The notes beneath the pieces are model-generated. The model searched no databases. It saw nothing but the letters and a program-made list of their open reading frames with translations, and had not been told where the DNA came from. A DNA stretch of 64,000 bases, taken from the NCBI GenBank assembly GCA_045863235.1, contig BTUM01000018.1, positions 1-64,000 on the forward strand, in the 5' to 3' direction. This stretch comes from Candidatus Xenobia bacterium. Lineage in GTDB: Bacteria > Vulcanimicrobiota > Xenobia > Xenobiales > QWHO01. How positions within the stretch are numbered: the first letter of the stretch is position 1; every line of letters begins with the position of its first letter. Positions 1 to 12,720 of the stretch are shown here, in pieces. A program made the translations under genes and the position numbers.

Positions 1-992
1 CCCCCGGCCGAGACCAGGACGGCTCGATCGGCTCGGACCTGGGCTCCCCCGGCCGCGAGCCGGATGGTTCAGACTCGGGCGGGGTCAGCCCGGGTTCAGC
101 CCCGCAGCATAGCAGTGCTTGCTCTCCAGCTCTTGAACGAGACCTGGGTGAGCCGCTCATCCAGGTGGTCTTCCGCTTGACGCCCGCGCAACTGGCCCTC
201 TACGAGCGGGCTGAAGAGCGAGTGCGCCAGCGGCGCGGCAGGCGTCTCCCTCGGGCTGAGGTGTTGGTCTGCCTGGCTGAGGAGACTCTGGCCAGCGCAG
301 CTCCGCGCACCCGAGCACGGTTGCCCGTCCTGGTAAGGGTCGACGCCGCTTCGGGCCAGGGCTGGCTCGAGACGCGGCAGGGGCTCTATCCGGCCCGATC
401 CGAGCAGGTCGAGGCGGCCCTGGCGGGCGGCAAGGTCGCTCTCTATGCCGGCGCCGAGGCGCCCCCCGTGAACCAGAGCGAGTCCGGTCAAAGACCAGCT
501 CGCGAGTCTGCCGACGGGGCAGCGCCACCTCAAGCGAACGGTCACAGCGCGGCGGAACTCGGACAACACGCCCCGGGCCAGACCGTCGACCCCGATCAAT
601 GCGACCTGGTGGACGCCACGGCCCCGCCAGCACCTGACCCGGCCGATGAGGAGTGCTCGACCAGGAGCGAGCCTCAACCAGCTCGGGCAAAGGGTGCAAG
701 GCGGCGTCGACCCGTATCCGTGAGAGTGTTACAGGCGCTCTGGCAGCGCTCGGGCGGTCGTTGCGAGGTGGTCGGGTGTGGCGCCGGAGCCCCTCTGCAC
801 GTTCACCACGAGAAGGCGGTCAGCGATGGGGGAGACAACTCCCTGGCCGGGCTGAGCTTGCGATGCGCCGCCTGTCACGGGCTGCACCACGAGCCAGATT
901 TTCATCGTCGGCCCGAGTGGCGACAGGCGCGTGACAACCGGCGCAGGCGGCAGTGCGAGCGAAGCTCCGACAGAGTGCGAGCTGCGCCTTGA
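1..992 (+). CDS. HNH endonuclease domain protein (DUF222-like), 5'-partial
   Basis: Frame is open from position 3, so the gene starts outside the window. C-terminal RSGGRCEVVGC...LHVHH...GGDNSLAGLSLRCAACHGLHH is an HNH/zinc-binding signature. Confidence 0.75.
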   Translation, partial: PGRDQDGSIGSDLGSPGREPDGSDSGGVSPGSAPQHSSACSPALERDLGEPLIQVVFRLTPAQLALYERAEERVRQRRGRRLPRAEVLVCLAEETLASAAPRTRARLPVLVRVDAASGQGWLETRQGLYPARSEQVEAALAGGKVALYAGAEAPPVNQSESGQRPARESADGAAPPQANGHSAAELGQHAPGQTVDPDQCDLVDATAPPAPDPADEECSTRSEPQPARAKGARRRRPVSVRVLQALWQRSGGRCEVVGCGAGAPLHVHHEKAVSDGGDNSLAGLSLRCAACHGLHHEPDFHRRPEWRQARDNRRRRQCERSSDRVRAAP

Positions 993-1072
993 CCCTCCGA
1001 CTGACGAAGGTCATATCCCTGGCCACCGGTTCAGGGTAGCCTGAATGCGATCACGGAAATCGGGAGGAAACC

Positions 1073-2215
1073 ATGCACGCAGAAATCAGCGAGCTTCTCG
1101 CCATCGAGCCCAGTGAGGCACCTTTGATCAGTCTTTATCTCGACACCAGCTCGGTGCAACCCCGGCGAGATTACGAGCCCTGGTTGCGCGGGCGCATCAA
1201 GCAACTCTCGCAGCTCCTGGAGGACCCCCGCTTCGACAGGTCGGCCACCCGGGTTCAGGAGGCGCTGAGCAAGCTCGAGCCCCAGGTGCGAGGCGTGGCC
1301 GTGTTTGCCTGCCAGGAGCCTGACCTCTTGCGCGTCTATCCCTCCGACGAGCCTTATGAGAACCGCCTCAGCGCCGGACACGCGGCGGTCATCTACCCGC
1401 TGGTTCGTCGCCTGGACGAGCAGGTGGCTCTGGCCGTCGTACTCGCTGACAGTGAGCAAGCCCGCATCTACACCGTTCGTATGGGCAAGCTCGCCGAGGC
1501 GGCAGCCGTCACACAGACTCTGGAACGACCCGAGAAGCCCGGTCGAGGAGCGGCCGGGGCTCCCCGCCATGGGGCTGGCTACGGAGCCAGTCAGCTCAAG
1601 TATCAGCGTTACCTGCGCCAGCAGACCGAGCACTACCTCAAAGAGGTGGCTGCGGCCCTGCAACGCGTGGTCGAGAAAGAGCATCTCGAGGCGGTGATGC
1701 TGGCCGGCAACGAGCGCATCACGAAAGAGCTCGAGGGCCTGCTGCCCAACGGTCTGCAGGAGAAGTTGCTGGGCAAGGCGCGCCTGCAGCTCACCGCGGG
1801 AGAGGACGAGATCCTCAAGATCACCCTGTCCCAGTTGGGCAGCTCGCTCAAGGCGGCCCGCTTGAGCCGGGCCAGCTCGCTGGTGCAAGAGTTCCGCGAG
1901 GGCGGCCTGGCCGTGCTGGGAGTCAGCGGCTGCCTGCGCAACCTGGCCCGGGGCCAGGTAGAGGAGCTGCTCTTGCTGCCTACCTTCGCGGGCATGGGTC
2001 GTCTGTGCCTGAGCTGCCATCAGGTGGCCCCGGTCGGAGCCATCGCCTGCCACAACTGCCAGGGCGACCTGGGGCCGGAGGTCGACCTGCGTGAGCTGAT
2101 GGCCCGTCAGGCCGAGGAGACCGGCGCTCTGCTCGAGGTCGTGGATGCTCCTGAGCTGAAGGGCTGGGAAGGGGTGGGCGCCTGGTTGCGCTACCCTGAG
2201 GAGAGGGTTTCCTGA
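1073..2215 (+). CDS. Bacterial archaeo-eukaryotic release factor (baeRF/eRF1-like) family protein
   Basis: N-terminal [19 protein letters not shown], Gly-rich loop [23 protein letters not shown] zinc ribbon and C-terminal [17 protein letters not shown] upstream. Confidence 0.75.
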   Translation: MHAEISELLAIEPSEAPLISLYLDTSSVQPRRDYEPWLRGRIKQLSQLLEDPRFDRSATRVQEALSKLEPQVRGVAVFACQEPDLLRVYPSDEPYENRLSAGHAAVIYPLVRRLDEQVALAVVLADSEQARIYTVRMGKLAEAAAVTQTLERPEKPGRGAAGAPRHGAGYGASQLKYQRYLRQQTEHYLKEVAAALQRVVEKEHLEAVMLAGNERITKELEGLLPNGLQEKLLGKARLQLTAGEDEILKITLSQLGSSLKAARLSRASSLVQEFREGGLAVLGVSGCLRNLARGQVEELLLLPTFAGMGRLCLSCHQVAPVGAIACHNCQGDLGPEVDLRELMARQAEETGALLEVVDAPELKGWEGVGAWLRYPEERVS

Positions 2216-2217
2216 TC

Positions 2218-3950
<1,733 letters not shown>

Positions 3951-3954
<4 letters not shown>

Positions 3955-4913
3955 CCCCCGAGCTTGCCCGCGAGCTGCTGCGCCAGATGGTGCTGATCCG
4001 CCGCCTGGAGGATCGCTGCGCCGAGCTTTACACTCAGCAGAAGATCCGTGGCTTCATGCACCTTTACAACGGCGAGGAGGCAGTGGCTGTCGGGGTGATG
4101 CAGGCTCTTGGGCCCGAGGACTCGGTCGTGGCAACCTATCGCGAGCACGGTCAGGCGCTGGCCCGGGGCATGACCGCCCGCTCGATCATGGCCGAGATGT
4201 ACGGCAAGGTGGAAGGTTGCTGTCGCGGCCGGGGTGGGTCGATGCACCTCTTTGATGCCGCCACCCGCTTTTACGGCGGCAACGCCATCGTGGGGGGAGG
4301 CCTGCCCCTGGCGGTGGGCCTGGCCCTGGCCGACAAGATGTGCGGGCGGCCCCGGGTAACCTGCTGCTTCTTCGGCGACGGAGCCGTGGCCGAGGGCGAG
4401 TTCCACGAGTCCATGAACCTGTCGGCGTTGTGGAAGCTGCCCGTCCTCTGGGTATGCGAGAACAACCTGTACGCCATGGGCACGGCTTTGACTTTCACCG
4501 AGTCCGAGGTCGACCTGACCGTGAAGGCCTCGAGCTACGAGGTGGTCAGCAAGGCGGTGGACGGGATGGACCTGCTAGCCGTGCGCGAAGCGGCCCGGGA
4601 GGCGGCCGACTACGTACGCCAGAGCCAGGCCCCCTTCTTCCTCGAGTGTCGCACCTATCGCTTTCGGGCGCATTCCATGTTCGACGCCGAGCTTTATCGC
4701 GACAAGAACGAGGTGGCTCGCTGGAGAGAGCGTGACCCCATCCCCGGGTTCGTGGCCGCGGCCACCCATCACGGCTGGCTCTCACCGGGCGCTCTGGAAG
4801 CCATCCAGGCTGAGGTGGAGGCCGAGGTCGAAGACGCGGTGGCATTCGCCGAAGCCGGCAGCTGGGAGCCGCTGGAGGAGCTTGGCCGCTTCGTCTACTC
4901 GGAGGGCTCATGA
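3951..4913 (+). CDS. pdhA: Pyruvate dehydrogenase E1 alpha subunit
   Basis: [23 protein letters not shown] motif [15 protein letters not shown]...ENN and [12 protein letters not shown] overlap with acsA. Confidence 0.92.
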
Positions 4914-5872
4914 CCTATCGAGAGGCTGTGAAGCAGGCCATTCGAGAAGCGCTACAGCAGGATGAGCGCGTCTTTGTGGTGGGGGAGGACATCGGTCACT
5001 ACGGCGGCTGCTTTGCCGTCACCAAGGGCCTGCTGGCCGAGTTCGGGCCTCAGCGCATCCTGGACGCACCTTTGTCCGAATCGGCTTTCGTGGGGGCAGG
5101 CATCGGAGCCGCCCTCAACGGGATGCGTCCCATCGTGGAGATCATGACCTGCAACTTCAGCCTGCTTGCCTCTGACCAGATCGTGAACAACGCCGCTACC
5201 CTGCTGCACATGTCGGGAGGCCAGCTGAACGTGCCCCTGGTGATCCGAATGGCCACCGGCGGGGGACGGCAGCTCGCGGCCCAGCACTCGCGCAGCCTGG
5301 AGGGCTGGTACGCCCACATTCCTGGCATCAAGGTGATCGTGCCCGCCACCGTGGCCGATGCCCGCTGGATGCTGGGGCTGGCCCTGCAGGACCCCGATCC
5401 GGTGCTGATCTTCGAGAACGCCGGGCTCTACAACATGGAAGGCGAGGCCGAGCCGCGCATCACCGAGATGCACCGCGCCCGGGTGCGGCGCGAAGGTCGC
5501 GACCTGACCATCCTGGCCTACAGCGCCGGGCTTTTCAAGGCCCTCAAGGCGGCCGAGGAGCTGAGCGCGCTGGGGATCGAAGCCGAGGTGGTCGACCTGC
5601 GCAGTCTGCGCCCGCTCGACGATGAGACCATCGTGGGGTCGGTGTCGCGCACCCACCGGGCTTTGATCGTGGACGAGGGCTGGCGCAGCGTGGGGATCTC
5701 GGCCGAGCTCTCGGCTCGCATCATGGAGCAGGCTTTCTACGAGCTGGATGCTCCCGTCGAGCGCCTCGCCTGTGCCGAGGTGCCCCTGCCCTATGCGCGC
5801 CACATGGAGGAGGCCGCTTTGCCCCAGGTCGAGGGGATCGTGGCCCTGGCCAGGAAGTTGGTCGGTCGATGA
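4910..5872 (+). CDS. pdhB: Pyruvate dehydrogenase E1 beta subunit
   Basis: [25 protein letters not shown] and [11 protein letters not shown] motifs. ATGA overlap. Confidence 0.92.
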   Translation: MTYREAVKQAIREALQQDERVFVVGEDIGHYGGCFAVTKGLLAEFGPQRILDAPLSESAFVGAGIGAALNGMRPIVEIMTCNFSLLASDQIVNNAATLLHMSGGQLNVPLVIRMATGGGRQLAAQHSRSLEGWYAHIPGIKVIVPATVADARWMLGLALQDPDPVLIFENAGLYNMEGEAEPRITEMHRARVRREGRDLTILAYSAGLFKALKAAEELSALGIEAEVVDLRSLRPLDDETIVGSVSRTHRALIVDEGWRSVGISAELSARIMEQAFYELDAPVERLACAEVPLPYARHMEEAALPQVEGIVALARKLVGR

Positions 5873-7380
5873 GCGAGTTTCGCATGCCCAGCCTGGGCAC
5901 CGACATGGAGGCCGGCACACTGACCGCCTGGATGGTGAAGGTGGGGGATCGGGTGCGGCGCGGCCAGGTGATCGCCGAGGTCAACACCGACAAAGGTGCC
6001 ATCGAGATCGAGGTGTTCCATGACGGGGTGGTGGAGGAGCTGCTCATCGGGCCCGGTCAGAAGGTTCCGGTGGAGACGGTGCTCGCTCGCATCCGAGAGG
6101 AGGGGGAAGCGCCTCTCTCGCCGCCCGCGCCCGTCCGGGCGGAGGCCAGGGCCGCTGCGGTCGCGTCCCCCCCCGCCCCGTCCGAGCCCCCGGGCGCCGT
6201 CGAGGCTGGCCCTGCTCCGGCCGGACGTGCCATGGACCCGGCCCGCCCCGCTCCGGTCGTGGCCGGACGTGCCATGGACCCGGCCCGCCCCGCTCCGGTC
6301 GTGGCTGGACCTGCCACGGACCTGGCCCGCCCCGCTCCGGTCGTGGCTGGACCTGCCGCGGACCCGGACCGACCCGCTCTGGTCGAGGCTGGACGTGCCG
6401 ATCAGGCCGGAGCGAGGGTGCACGCTTCCCCCCTGGCCCGTCGGGTAGCGGCCGACCTGGGAGTGGACCTGTCCCGGGTCCAGGGCACGGGGGCCGGTGG
6501 GACCATCACTCGCGAGGACGTCGAGCGCACGGCAGGGCAACACCCCGGAGCCCAGGCTCCAGCTCCCCCCGCGGCCCAGGCTCCCCCCGTGGCCCCGGCT
6601 CCGCCCGCGACCCAGGCCCCCCCCGTGGCCCCGGCCCCCCCCGCGACCCAGGCTCCCCCCGTGGCCCCGGCTCCGCCCGCGACCCAGGCCCCCCCCGCTG
6701 CCCGGTCAGTCGCTTTTGCCGCCAACATGCGTCGGGCCATCGCCGCCGCCATGGCTCGCTCCAAACGCGAGATCCCCCACTACTACCTCGAGACCCCGAT
6801 CGAGCTTTCGAAGGCCTTGACCTGGCTGCAGGCAGAGAACGCCCGCCGCCCCATCACCGAGCGCCTGCTCCCGGTGGTGCTGCTCTTGAAGGCGGTGGCC
6901 CGGGCGCTGGGCGACGTGCCGGAGCTGAACGGCTTCTGGATCGACGACCACCTGGAAGTTCGCCAGAACATCCACATCGGCTTTGCCGTGGCCCTGCGCC
7001 AGGGAGGGCTGGTCAACCCGGCCATCCACGATGTCGACCTCAAGAGCACCGACGAGCTGATGGCCGCCATCCATGACCTGATCCCCCGGGTGCGCGCCGG
7101 CCGTCTCAAGAGTTCGGAGATGACCGACGCCACCATCACCATGACCAACCTGGGAGACCTGGGGGTGGAGACCGTGCACGGCATCATCTACCCGCCTCAG
7201 GTGGCCCTGGTGGGTTTCGGGCGCATCAGCGAGCGTCCCTGGGCCGAGAACGGCATGTTGGGCATCCGTCCCGTGGTCACGGCCACCCTGGCGGGCGATC
7301 ACCGGGCCACCGACGGCCGGGTGGGCGCCCGATTCCTGGAAGCCTTGAATCGACACCTGCAAGAACCGGAGAAGCTATGA
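5869..7380 (+). CDS. pdhC: Dihydrolipoamide acetyltransferase (E2)
   Basis: Lipoyl domain (NTDKG), subunit-binding domain (ASPLARRVA...[13 protein letters not shown]), catalytic DHRATDG and Pro/Ala linkers. Confidence 0.9.
   Translation: MSEFRMPSLGTDMEAGTLTAWMVKVGDRVRRGQVIAEVNTDKGAIEIEVFHDGVVEELLIGPGQKVPVETVLARIREEGEAPLSPPAPVRAEARAAAVASPPAPSEPPGAVEAGPAPAGRAMDPARPAPVVAGRAMDPARPAPVVAGPATDLARPAPVVAGPAADPDRPALVEAGRADQAGARVHASPLARRVAADLGVDLSRVQGTGAGGTITREDVERTAGQHPGAQAPAPPAAQAPPVAPAPPATQAPPVAPAPPATQAPPVAPAPPATQAPPAARSVAFAANMRRAIAAAMARSKREIPHYYLETPIELSKALTWLQAENARRPITERLLPVVLLLKAVARALGDVPELNGFWIDDHLEVRQNIHIGFAVALRQGGLVNPAIHDVDLKSTDELMAAIHDLIPRVRAGRLKSSEMTDATITMTNLGDLGVETVHGIIYPPQVALVGFGRISERPWAENGMLGIRPVVTATLAGDHRATDGRVGARFLEALNRHLQEPEKL
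6220..6400 (+). repeat. 42-bp tandem repeat (about 4 degenerate copies; [14 protein letters not shown]) in the E2 linker
   Basis: Unit ggccggacgtgccatggacccggcccgccccgctccggtcgt recurs with progressive divergence. Confidence 0.85.
6550..6698 (+). repeat. 39-bp tandem repeat (about 3.5 copies; [16 protein letters not shown]) in the E2 linker
   Basis: cccaggctccccccgtggccccggctccgcccgcga-like units recur in tandem. Confidence 0.85.
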
Positions 7381-7616
7381 AACCTGTACGCGAAACCATC
7401 CTGCGCCTCCTGTCCGGGGTGGCCCCCGACGCCGACCTCGAAGAGCTCGACCCCACTGAGAATCTGCGCCAGGCCCTGGACATCGACAGCTATGACTTCC
7501 TGCAGCTTCTGGTGAAGCTGCACGGCGAGCTGGGGGTGGACATCCCCGAGTCCGACTACGGTAAACTGGCCAGCCTGCAAGACCTGGAGAGCTATCTCAC
7601 GGCCCGAGTCGCCTGA
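7377..7616 (+). CDS. Acyl carrier protein
   Basis: 79 aa, acidic, [12 protein letters not shown] phosphopantetheine Ser motif. ATGA overlap with pdhC. Confidence 0.85.
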   Translation: MKPVRETILRLLSGVAPDADLEELDPTENLRQALDIDSYDFLQLLVKLHGELGVDIPESDYGKLASLQDLESYLTARVA

Positions 7617-7679
7617 GTGGGGTCGACGTTCTCCACCTCGCCAGAGGCTTTCGTCCAGCCAAGCGAGTAACAAGCCCTC

Positions 7680-7976
7680 GTGAAAGCAAAAGCAAGAATC
7701 CCCATCCTGGTCACCACCGCGAAGAAAGGGGTCTTCTTCGGCTACGTTGCGCCCGATACCGATCTGACCCGGACCACCCTGCGGCTCGAGAAGGCTCAGA
7801 ACTGCCTCTACTGGAGCGCTGAGGTGAAGGGCGTCTTCGGGCTGGCCGTCACCGGGCCGAACGAGAATTGCAGGGTGGGTCCCGCGGTCCCGGCCCTGAC
7901 CGTGCACGAGATTACCTCGGTGGCCGAGGCGACGCCCGAGGCCGCCAGAGCCTGGGAGGCGGCGCCCTGGAAGTGA
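7680..7976 (+). CDS. Small conserved protein, DUF6948-like (often phage-associated)
   Basis: ILVTTAKKGVFFGY...LEKAQNCLYWS...GLAVTGP...LTVHEITSV pattern recalled from this family; not searched. Confidence 0.6.
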   Translation: MKAKARIPILVTTAKKGVFFGYVAPDTDLTRTTLRLEKAQNCLYWSAEVKGVFGLAVTGPNENCRVGPAVPALTVHEITSVAEATPEAARAWEAAPWK

Positions 7977-8569
7977 CCGACGCGGAGACCGACGGCTCCG
8001 GGTGGGGCACGACCGGGGACCCTCCCGATGGCTGTGGTGACGGATGCGGCTATGGCTACGGTCACAGCTCATCGGCGGGCTGGGGAGAGGGCTCCGGCTG
8101 TGACTCTCGAGAGGGCTCGGGCTCTGGCTGGGATGAAGCCGGCCAGGGTCACGGACGCGGTGACGCTTGCGGCCACGGCGACGGTCGTGGTTACGGATAT
8201 GGCGGGGGCACCGGCTACGGTGAGGGTGCCAGCTATGGCTCCGGGTACGGCTGCGGGAGCGCCGAGGAGGATGGCTGGATCGACCCGGGCTATGGCTCCG
8301 GCACGAGTGCGGGCTTTGGCTCCGGGAAGGGGTTCTCCGCCGGCTACGTTCTGGCCGTGGCCGAAGCCTACCCGCCCGCAACGAAGATCGATCGTCGGCT
8401 CTTGCAGAAATGGGGAGTCTGCTCGGACCAGCTCGAGCTCTTTGGGACCGAATTCCCGGACGGGGCCTGGCCGACGGCCGAGAACCTGCGCAAGGCGCAC
8501 GCCGCGGGGGTGAACGTCGACTGGTTGATCGAGCAGGTCGGCTGGTCCCTCTGGAGGTCCGATGCATAA
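7973..8569 (+). CDS. Gly-rich (G-x-G repeat) hypothetical protein
   Basis: GTG start overlaps the upstream stop (GTGA). About 120 aa of GDG/GYG/GSG repeats, then a globular tail (LLQKWGVCSDQLELFGTEFPDG). Confidence 0.65.
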   Translation: MTDAETDGSGWGTTGDPPDGCGDGCGYGYGHSSSAGWGEGSGCDSREGSGSGWDEAGQGHGRGDACGHGDGRGYGYGGGTGYGEGASYGSGYGCGSAEEDGWIDPGYGSGTSAGFGSGKGFSAGYVLAVAEAYPPATKIDRRLLQKWGVCSDQLELFGTEFPDGAWPTAENLRKAHAAGVNVDWLIEQVGWSLWRSDA

Positions 8570-8681
8570 GCTGAAGGTCCCCTGGCAGAGTGATGCATAG
8601 GCAGACCGAGCAGGTGGATGTCACCCCGCCAGGCGAGCTTGTTCAGAAGGCTCCCTCGGATTGTCTGGGGAATTAGCCACT

Positions 8682-11132
8682 GTGCAGATCGTCCCCGTGG
8701 GCTCATCCGGCTGGGTCCAGGCCCCTAACCCTGCGGCCTCGGTGGCCACCGGGGCCCCCAGCGACGTCTTCAGCCCCACTCCCCCCGATCCGGCTTCGCT
8801 CGAGTCGAGGGGGCCTCTGCTCGCTCCCCCCGAGAAGGCCCCGGCGGGCGAGCCGCCCCGAAGCCTGGTGCTGGAGAGCCAGGCGAGTGTCCCCGAATCT
8901 GGTCGACCGCTGGAATTCACTCCGCTCGATCCATTGCGCCAGACCGTGTTTCACCACCCCGACTTGCTGATCGCGCGGTTCGCGCGCCAGATGCTGGGCC
9001 GCTCGGAGTCGTCCGTGGTCCGTCACCAGGACGCCTACGGCCCGGTGGAGGGGTGCCTCGAGGCCCTGCAAAATCCCGAGCTGGCCGATGAGGCCCTGGC
9101 TCGACTTCCCCTGGCCCTGGGAAACCGCCCTCCTCGTCCCGACGTGCTGTGGGCCGTGGCCAACCAGGCGCGCGAGCAGAGGCCGGCCGCGATCGGCCTG
9201 CTCAACCGGTGGAAGGATCAGGGTCACCTGGAGTTCTCCCAGGAGGTCCTGAGCGGGCCCTTCCAGGTGATCGGCCAACGGCTCGAGTCGTCGCCCGGGC
9301 TCGATGACCGCGACAGCGAGCGAGATCGCTTCCTTGAGGAAAGCGAGCTCTATGAGGTGAAAGACCGCCCTGCCGAGGTCGTTTCGGCTCTGGTGGAGCG
9401 CTGCGCCGCGCGCGCCAGCGAGAAGGACATCAAAGCACTGAGCTACCTGCTCGACTCCGACTTCAGCGAGCCCCTGGGGAAGGCCGCCGCCCGGGAGCAC
9501 TTCGAGCACGTCAGCACCGCCATCACGCGCTACCTGGGGCGAGGCGGAAAGTTCGAGGACAGCGACGTCCCCTTCAGCTTGCTGTGTCGCCTGGTCAAGG
9601 AGTTTCCCGAGCGGTGCGACGCCGGGTGGGTCAGGGCTCACCTGGCCCCCAGTTTGCGCCACCTGGACGGGAACATGGGCCCGTTGCTCACCCTGGCCTC
9701 CACCGAGCAGGTGGCCAGCCTGCTCGACACCGCCCTGCAAGACCGCCCCTCCACCATCGCCGATTGGCGTTTGACGGCGGCCCAGCGCCTGATGAGCGAG
9801 CCGGACTACCGGCCCACCGCCGAGCAGTCGCACTGGATGAGCCAGTTCTTGATCCTTCGTCCCGCGAGCGACCAGATGGACTTCGCCGCCGAAAGCCTGG
9901 CGGTGAGCTGGATGAGCCGGCTCAAGAGTCTGGACCAGGAGGCGTTCTCTCAGCTCCAGCTCCCCGACCTGTCCGGACAGATGAAACCGTTACCCGAGGC
10001 CCTGCTCGCCCGCCTCGAGCAGCGCCCCTCCGAGCAACTCCTCAAGTACTTTGACAACCCTGAAAGGCTCAACGCCCTGGTCTGCCTGCCCCCCGAAGAG
10101 GCAGCCCGTTTGCGGGCCGAGCTCAAGGCTCGCCCAACCTTCCAGCTTGATCTGGCCGTTCTGCTGGCCAACCAGGACCGGGCTGCGCTGGCCGAGGCGG
10201 TCAAGACCCGGCTGGGGACGATTCTCCCTCAAGAGGAGGACGCTGGCGTCCGGACGTTCATGCAGACACTGCGAATGAGCCTCTTGAAATCACCCGACGA
10301 GCATGGGGAGTGCCTGTTGCGCCACCAGGTTGCCCTGGCTTACCGGCCGGGTCACTGGATGTCCTCGATGCGGCCCTCGTTGACGAGCGCCCTGAGCGAG
10401 CCGAGCCTGGACCGCAAAGCCTTGCTCGACAGCGTGTCCGAAACGCTTCGAGCTCAAGTCCCGGGCCGACTGCCTGAGCTGACGGACGAACAGCTCCTGG
10501 ACTTTGGGAAAGCGGTCCGGATCGCCGAGCAGGAGCCCGAGCATCTCCCGGGGCTGCTCGCGGCTGCCAGCCCGTTTGTCGCCTGGCTGCCTGGGCGCCA
10601 GGACGGACCGCAGGTGGTGGCCCTGGGCTCGGCTTTGCGCGCGCTCGAATACATCGTCGTGGCCGACGACGAGTGGGTGAAGCATTGCCCGGGGTTGCGC
10701 GATGGGCTGGGCGTGCTGCAGCAGGTCCACAAGATCGCCCTGCGGGGAGGCGACCTGGCGGGGTTGCCAGCCCGAGCCGAGAGCGCCTGGCTGGACCAGT
10801 TGCGCAGCTCTGGCCCGGAGTGGGCCAGGACTCTGGCCGGCGTCGTGAAGGGGAAGGGCGAGCTCACCGAGGGGCTGGCCCTGCTTTTCGAGAGCCTCCC
10901 CGATTTGGAGGAGCACGGTCCGCTGGCCGCCCGGGTGGCTGGCCTGGTGGATGGTGATCCAGTGAAGACGGCCGAAGGAGTGCGTGCGGTGCTGGCTTCC
11001 GACCAGAGCCCGGACGAGGCGCTTCACCGGTGGCTGCGCGGCACCATGGCCGGGACCGGTCAGCTGGCTGTGGAGTTGGATGGATTGCGACCCTCGGTGG
11101 GAGGCGTGCTGCTCCGACGCAAGCGAACCTGA
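8682..11132 (+). CDS. Large hypothetical protein
   Basis: Long ORF with genome-typical codon usage. Start uncertain (TTG 8661 or GTG 8682). Pro/Ser-rich N-terminus, helical-looking body, C-terminal SVGGVLLRRKRT. Confidence 0.7.
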   Translation: MQIVPVGSSGWVQAPNPAASVATGAPSDVFSPTPPDPASLESRGPLLAPPEKAPAGEPPRSLVLESQASVPESGRPLEFTPLDPLRQTVFHHPDLLIARFARQMLGRSESSVVRHQDAYGPVEGCLEALQNPELADEALARLPLALGNRPPRPDVLWAVANQAREQRPAAIGLLNRWKDQGHLEFSQEVLSGPFQVIGQRLESSPGLDDRDSERDRFLEESELYEVKDRPAEVVSALVERCAARASEKDIKALSYLLDSDFSEPLGKAAAREHFEHVSTAITRYLGRGGKFEDSDVPFSLLCRLVKEFPERCDAGWVRAHLAPSLRHLDGNMGPLLTLASTEQVASLLDTALQDRPSTIADWRLTAAQRLMSEPDYRPTAEQSHWMSQFLILRPASDQMDFAAESLAVSWMSRLKSLDQEAFSQLQLPDLSGQMKPLPEALLARLEQRPSEQLLKYFDNPERLNALVCLPPEEAARLRAELKARPTFQLDLAVLLANQDRAALAEAVKTRLGTILPQEEDAGVRTFMQTLRMSLLKSPDEHGECLLRHQVALAYRPGHWMSSMRPSLTSALSEPSLDRKALLDSVSETLRAQVPGRLPELTDEQLLDFGKAVRIAEQEPEHLPGLLAAASPFVAWLPGRQDGPQVVALGSALRALEYIVVADDEWVKHCPGLRDGLGVLQQVHKIALRGGDLAGLPARAESAWLDQLRSSGPEWARTLAGVVKGKGELTEGLALLFESLPDLEEHGPLAARVAGLVDGDPVKTAEGVRAVLASDQSPDEALHRWLRGTMAGTGQLAVELDGLRPSVGGVLLRRKRT

Positions 11133-11134
11133 CG

Positions 11135-12346
11135 CTATCCAGCCAGCTGGGCCAGCTCAGCCTCGAAGCCCTGCACGATCTCCTCGGGATGAGGGATCAG
11201 CCCCGCGTCCGTCGCCACCCCGATGCGAAAGGTGTCCGCGTAGCTGATGAGGCTGATCCCCACCCCCAGCCGGCCCGACTGGGGAACCCAGAACATCAGC
11301 TCGCGCAGGGGCTGCCCGCGCAGCTCCATGGGCACTTTGGGACCGGGCACGTTGGTGACCACGGCCGTGGCCCGCGAGCCGAACAGGCGCACCAGCAGGC
11401 TCTCGAGCAAGCGCGGCAGCAGCCCGGCCAGCCACAGGATGCCGCACAGGATCACCGGCTGATACGAGCGCTTCAGGCGGGCGAGCTGGGCCCGCAGAAG
11501 CTCGATGCGTCGCAGAGGCTCGCTCTCGCCCAGGGGCAGCGAGACGAAGGCCAGCCCGAAGAAGTTGCCCAGCTTTTTGTCGTGAGGCTTTCTCAGGTCC
11601 ACCGGCATGACCACCCGGATGGCGGGGGCAGTCGCTCCTCGCTGGAGGAGGTAGGCCCGCAGGCTGCCGCTCAGAGCGCCCAGGAGCAGGTCGTTGAGGG
11701 TGCAGCCGAGCCGCTGGCGCGTCTTTTTGAGGCTCTCCAGGTCGATGGGCGCCGAGACGGCAACCCGCTTGGCGCGCCCCAGCGGCCCCTTGAGGCTGGT
11801 CATGGGCTCGGGTTTGAGCAGCACGTCGCGCACCAGGCCGATGGCCGAACGGGTCCAGGGCAGGGGACCCTGAGGCCGCTCCAGGTGGGGAGCGCGGTAG
11901 GTGTCGGGAACCCGGTCGGCCAGGTGGCCCAGCACGTGCATCAGGGCCACCCCGTCCCCGATGGCGTGGTGCAATCTTGCAATCAGGGCCCAGCCCTGAC
12001 GGTAGGGGAGGCAGTGCATCATCCAGAGGGGACGGCTGCGGTCCAGGGGCTGGCTCAGCAGCTCGCTGACCAGGCCAAACAGGTCCTCGGTCCGCTCGAG
12101 CACCACCAGGTGGCGGTCCAGGTCAAATTCGGGGTCTTCCTGCCAGCAGACTCGACGCATGGGAAGCTCGACCACCCGGCACCGGAAGGGGGCGAAACAG
12201 AGCAGGCGCTCCCGGAGAAGCTCTCTTAAGGAGCCCGGATCGAGCGGTCCTTCGAAGACGAACACCCCGCAGATGTTCATCAGGTTGCCGGGCTCCTCCA
12301 TATGGAGCCAGGCGGTATCGATGGCCGCCAGACGCTGGCCCTTCAC
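11135..12346 (-). CDS. Wax ester synthase/diacylglycerol acyltransferase (WS/DGAT)
   Basis: Catalytic HHAIGDG, PLDRSRPLW, TLNDLLL and TNVPGP motifs. Confidence 0.9.
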   Translation of the reverse strand: MKGQRLAAIDTAWLHMEEPGNLMNICGVFVFEGPLDPGSLRELLRERLLCFAPFRCRVVELPMRRVCWQEDPEFDLDRHLVVLERTEDLFGLVSELLSQPLDRSRPLWMMHCLPYRQGWALIARLHHAIGDGVALMHVLGHLADRVPDTYRAPHLERPQGPLPWTRSAIGLVRDVLLKPEPMTSLKGPLGRAKRVAVSAPIDLESLKKTRQRLGCTLNDLLLGALSGSLRAYLLQRGATAPAIRVVMPVDLRKPHDKKLGNFFGLAFVSLPLGESEPLRRIELLRAQLARLKRSYQPVILCGILWLAGLLPRLLESLLVRLFGSRATAVVTNVPGPKVPMELRGQPLRELMFWVPQSGRLGVGISLISYADTFRIGVATDAGLIPHPEEIVQGFEAELAQLAG

Positions 12347-12347
12347 A

Positions 12348-12647
12348 TCAGCTCAGGAGCCAGCGCAGATGGACCAGGTCCAGCACCCGGGCCACCGGAC
12401 GCGAAACGGTCAGGATCTGCAGGGCTCCCCCCATTTCCAGGAGCTCGCGCCGGGCCGAGATCAGCACGCTCAGTCCGTTGAGATCGACCTGGTCGGTCTC
12501 GGCCAAATCGAGGCAGACGTGGGTGTGTCCTTCCCGCATACACGTGCGAATGCGCTCTCTCAGGCGCTCGTGGGTCTGGTAGTTGAGCGAGCCACGCACC
12601 GACAGGCAGGGGCTCTGATCTTCGAGCTGGGCCATCTGGATGTGCAT
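12348..12647 (-). CDS. STAS domain protein (anti-sigma factor antagonist-like)
   Basis: VCLDLAETDQVDLNGLSVLI...VARVLDLV STAS pattern. The usual phospho-Ser (DSSG) is replaced by DLNG. Confidence 0.75.
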   Translation of the reverse strand: MHIQMAQLEDQSPCLSVRGSLNYQTHERLRERIRTCMREGHTHVCLDLAETDQVDLNGLSVLISARRELLEMGGALQILTVSRPVARVLDLVHLRWLLS

Positions 12648-12720
12648 ACTCTGAGCTTACGGGGTGCCGGCGCGGATGCCTATGACGTTGATCATTTCTG
12701 TGAGCTGCGAGGCCCTCGAC

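Noticed and set aside
6220..6698. Tandem repeats as a possible CRISPR array
   Set aside because: No unique spacers, unit lengths are multiples of three inside a coding linker, and there are no cas genes.
7680..8569. Prophage
   Set aside because: No integrase, structural, terminase or replication genes nearby.
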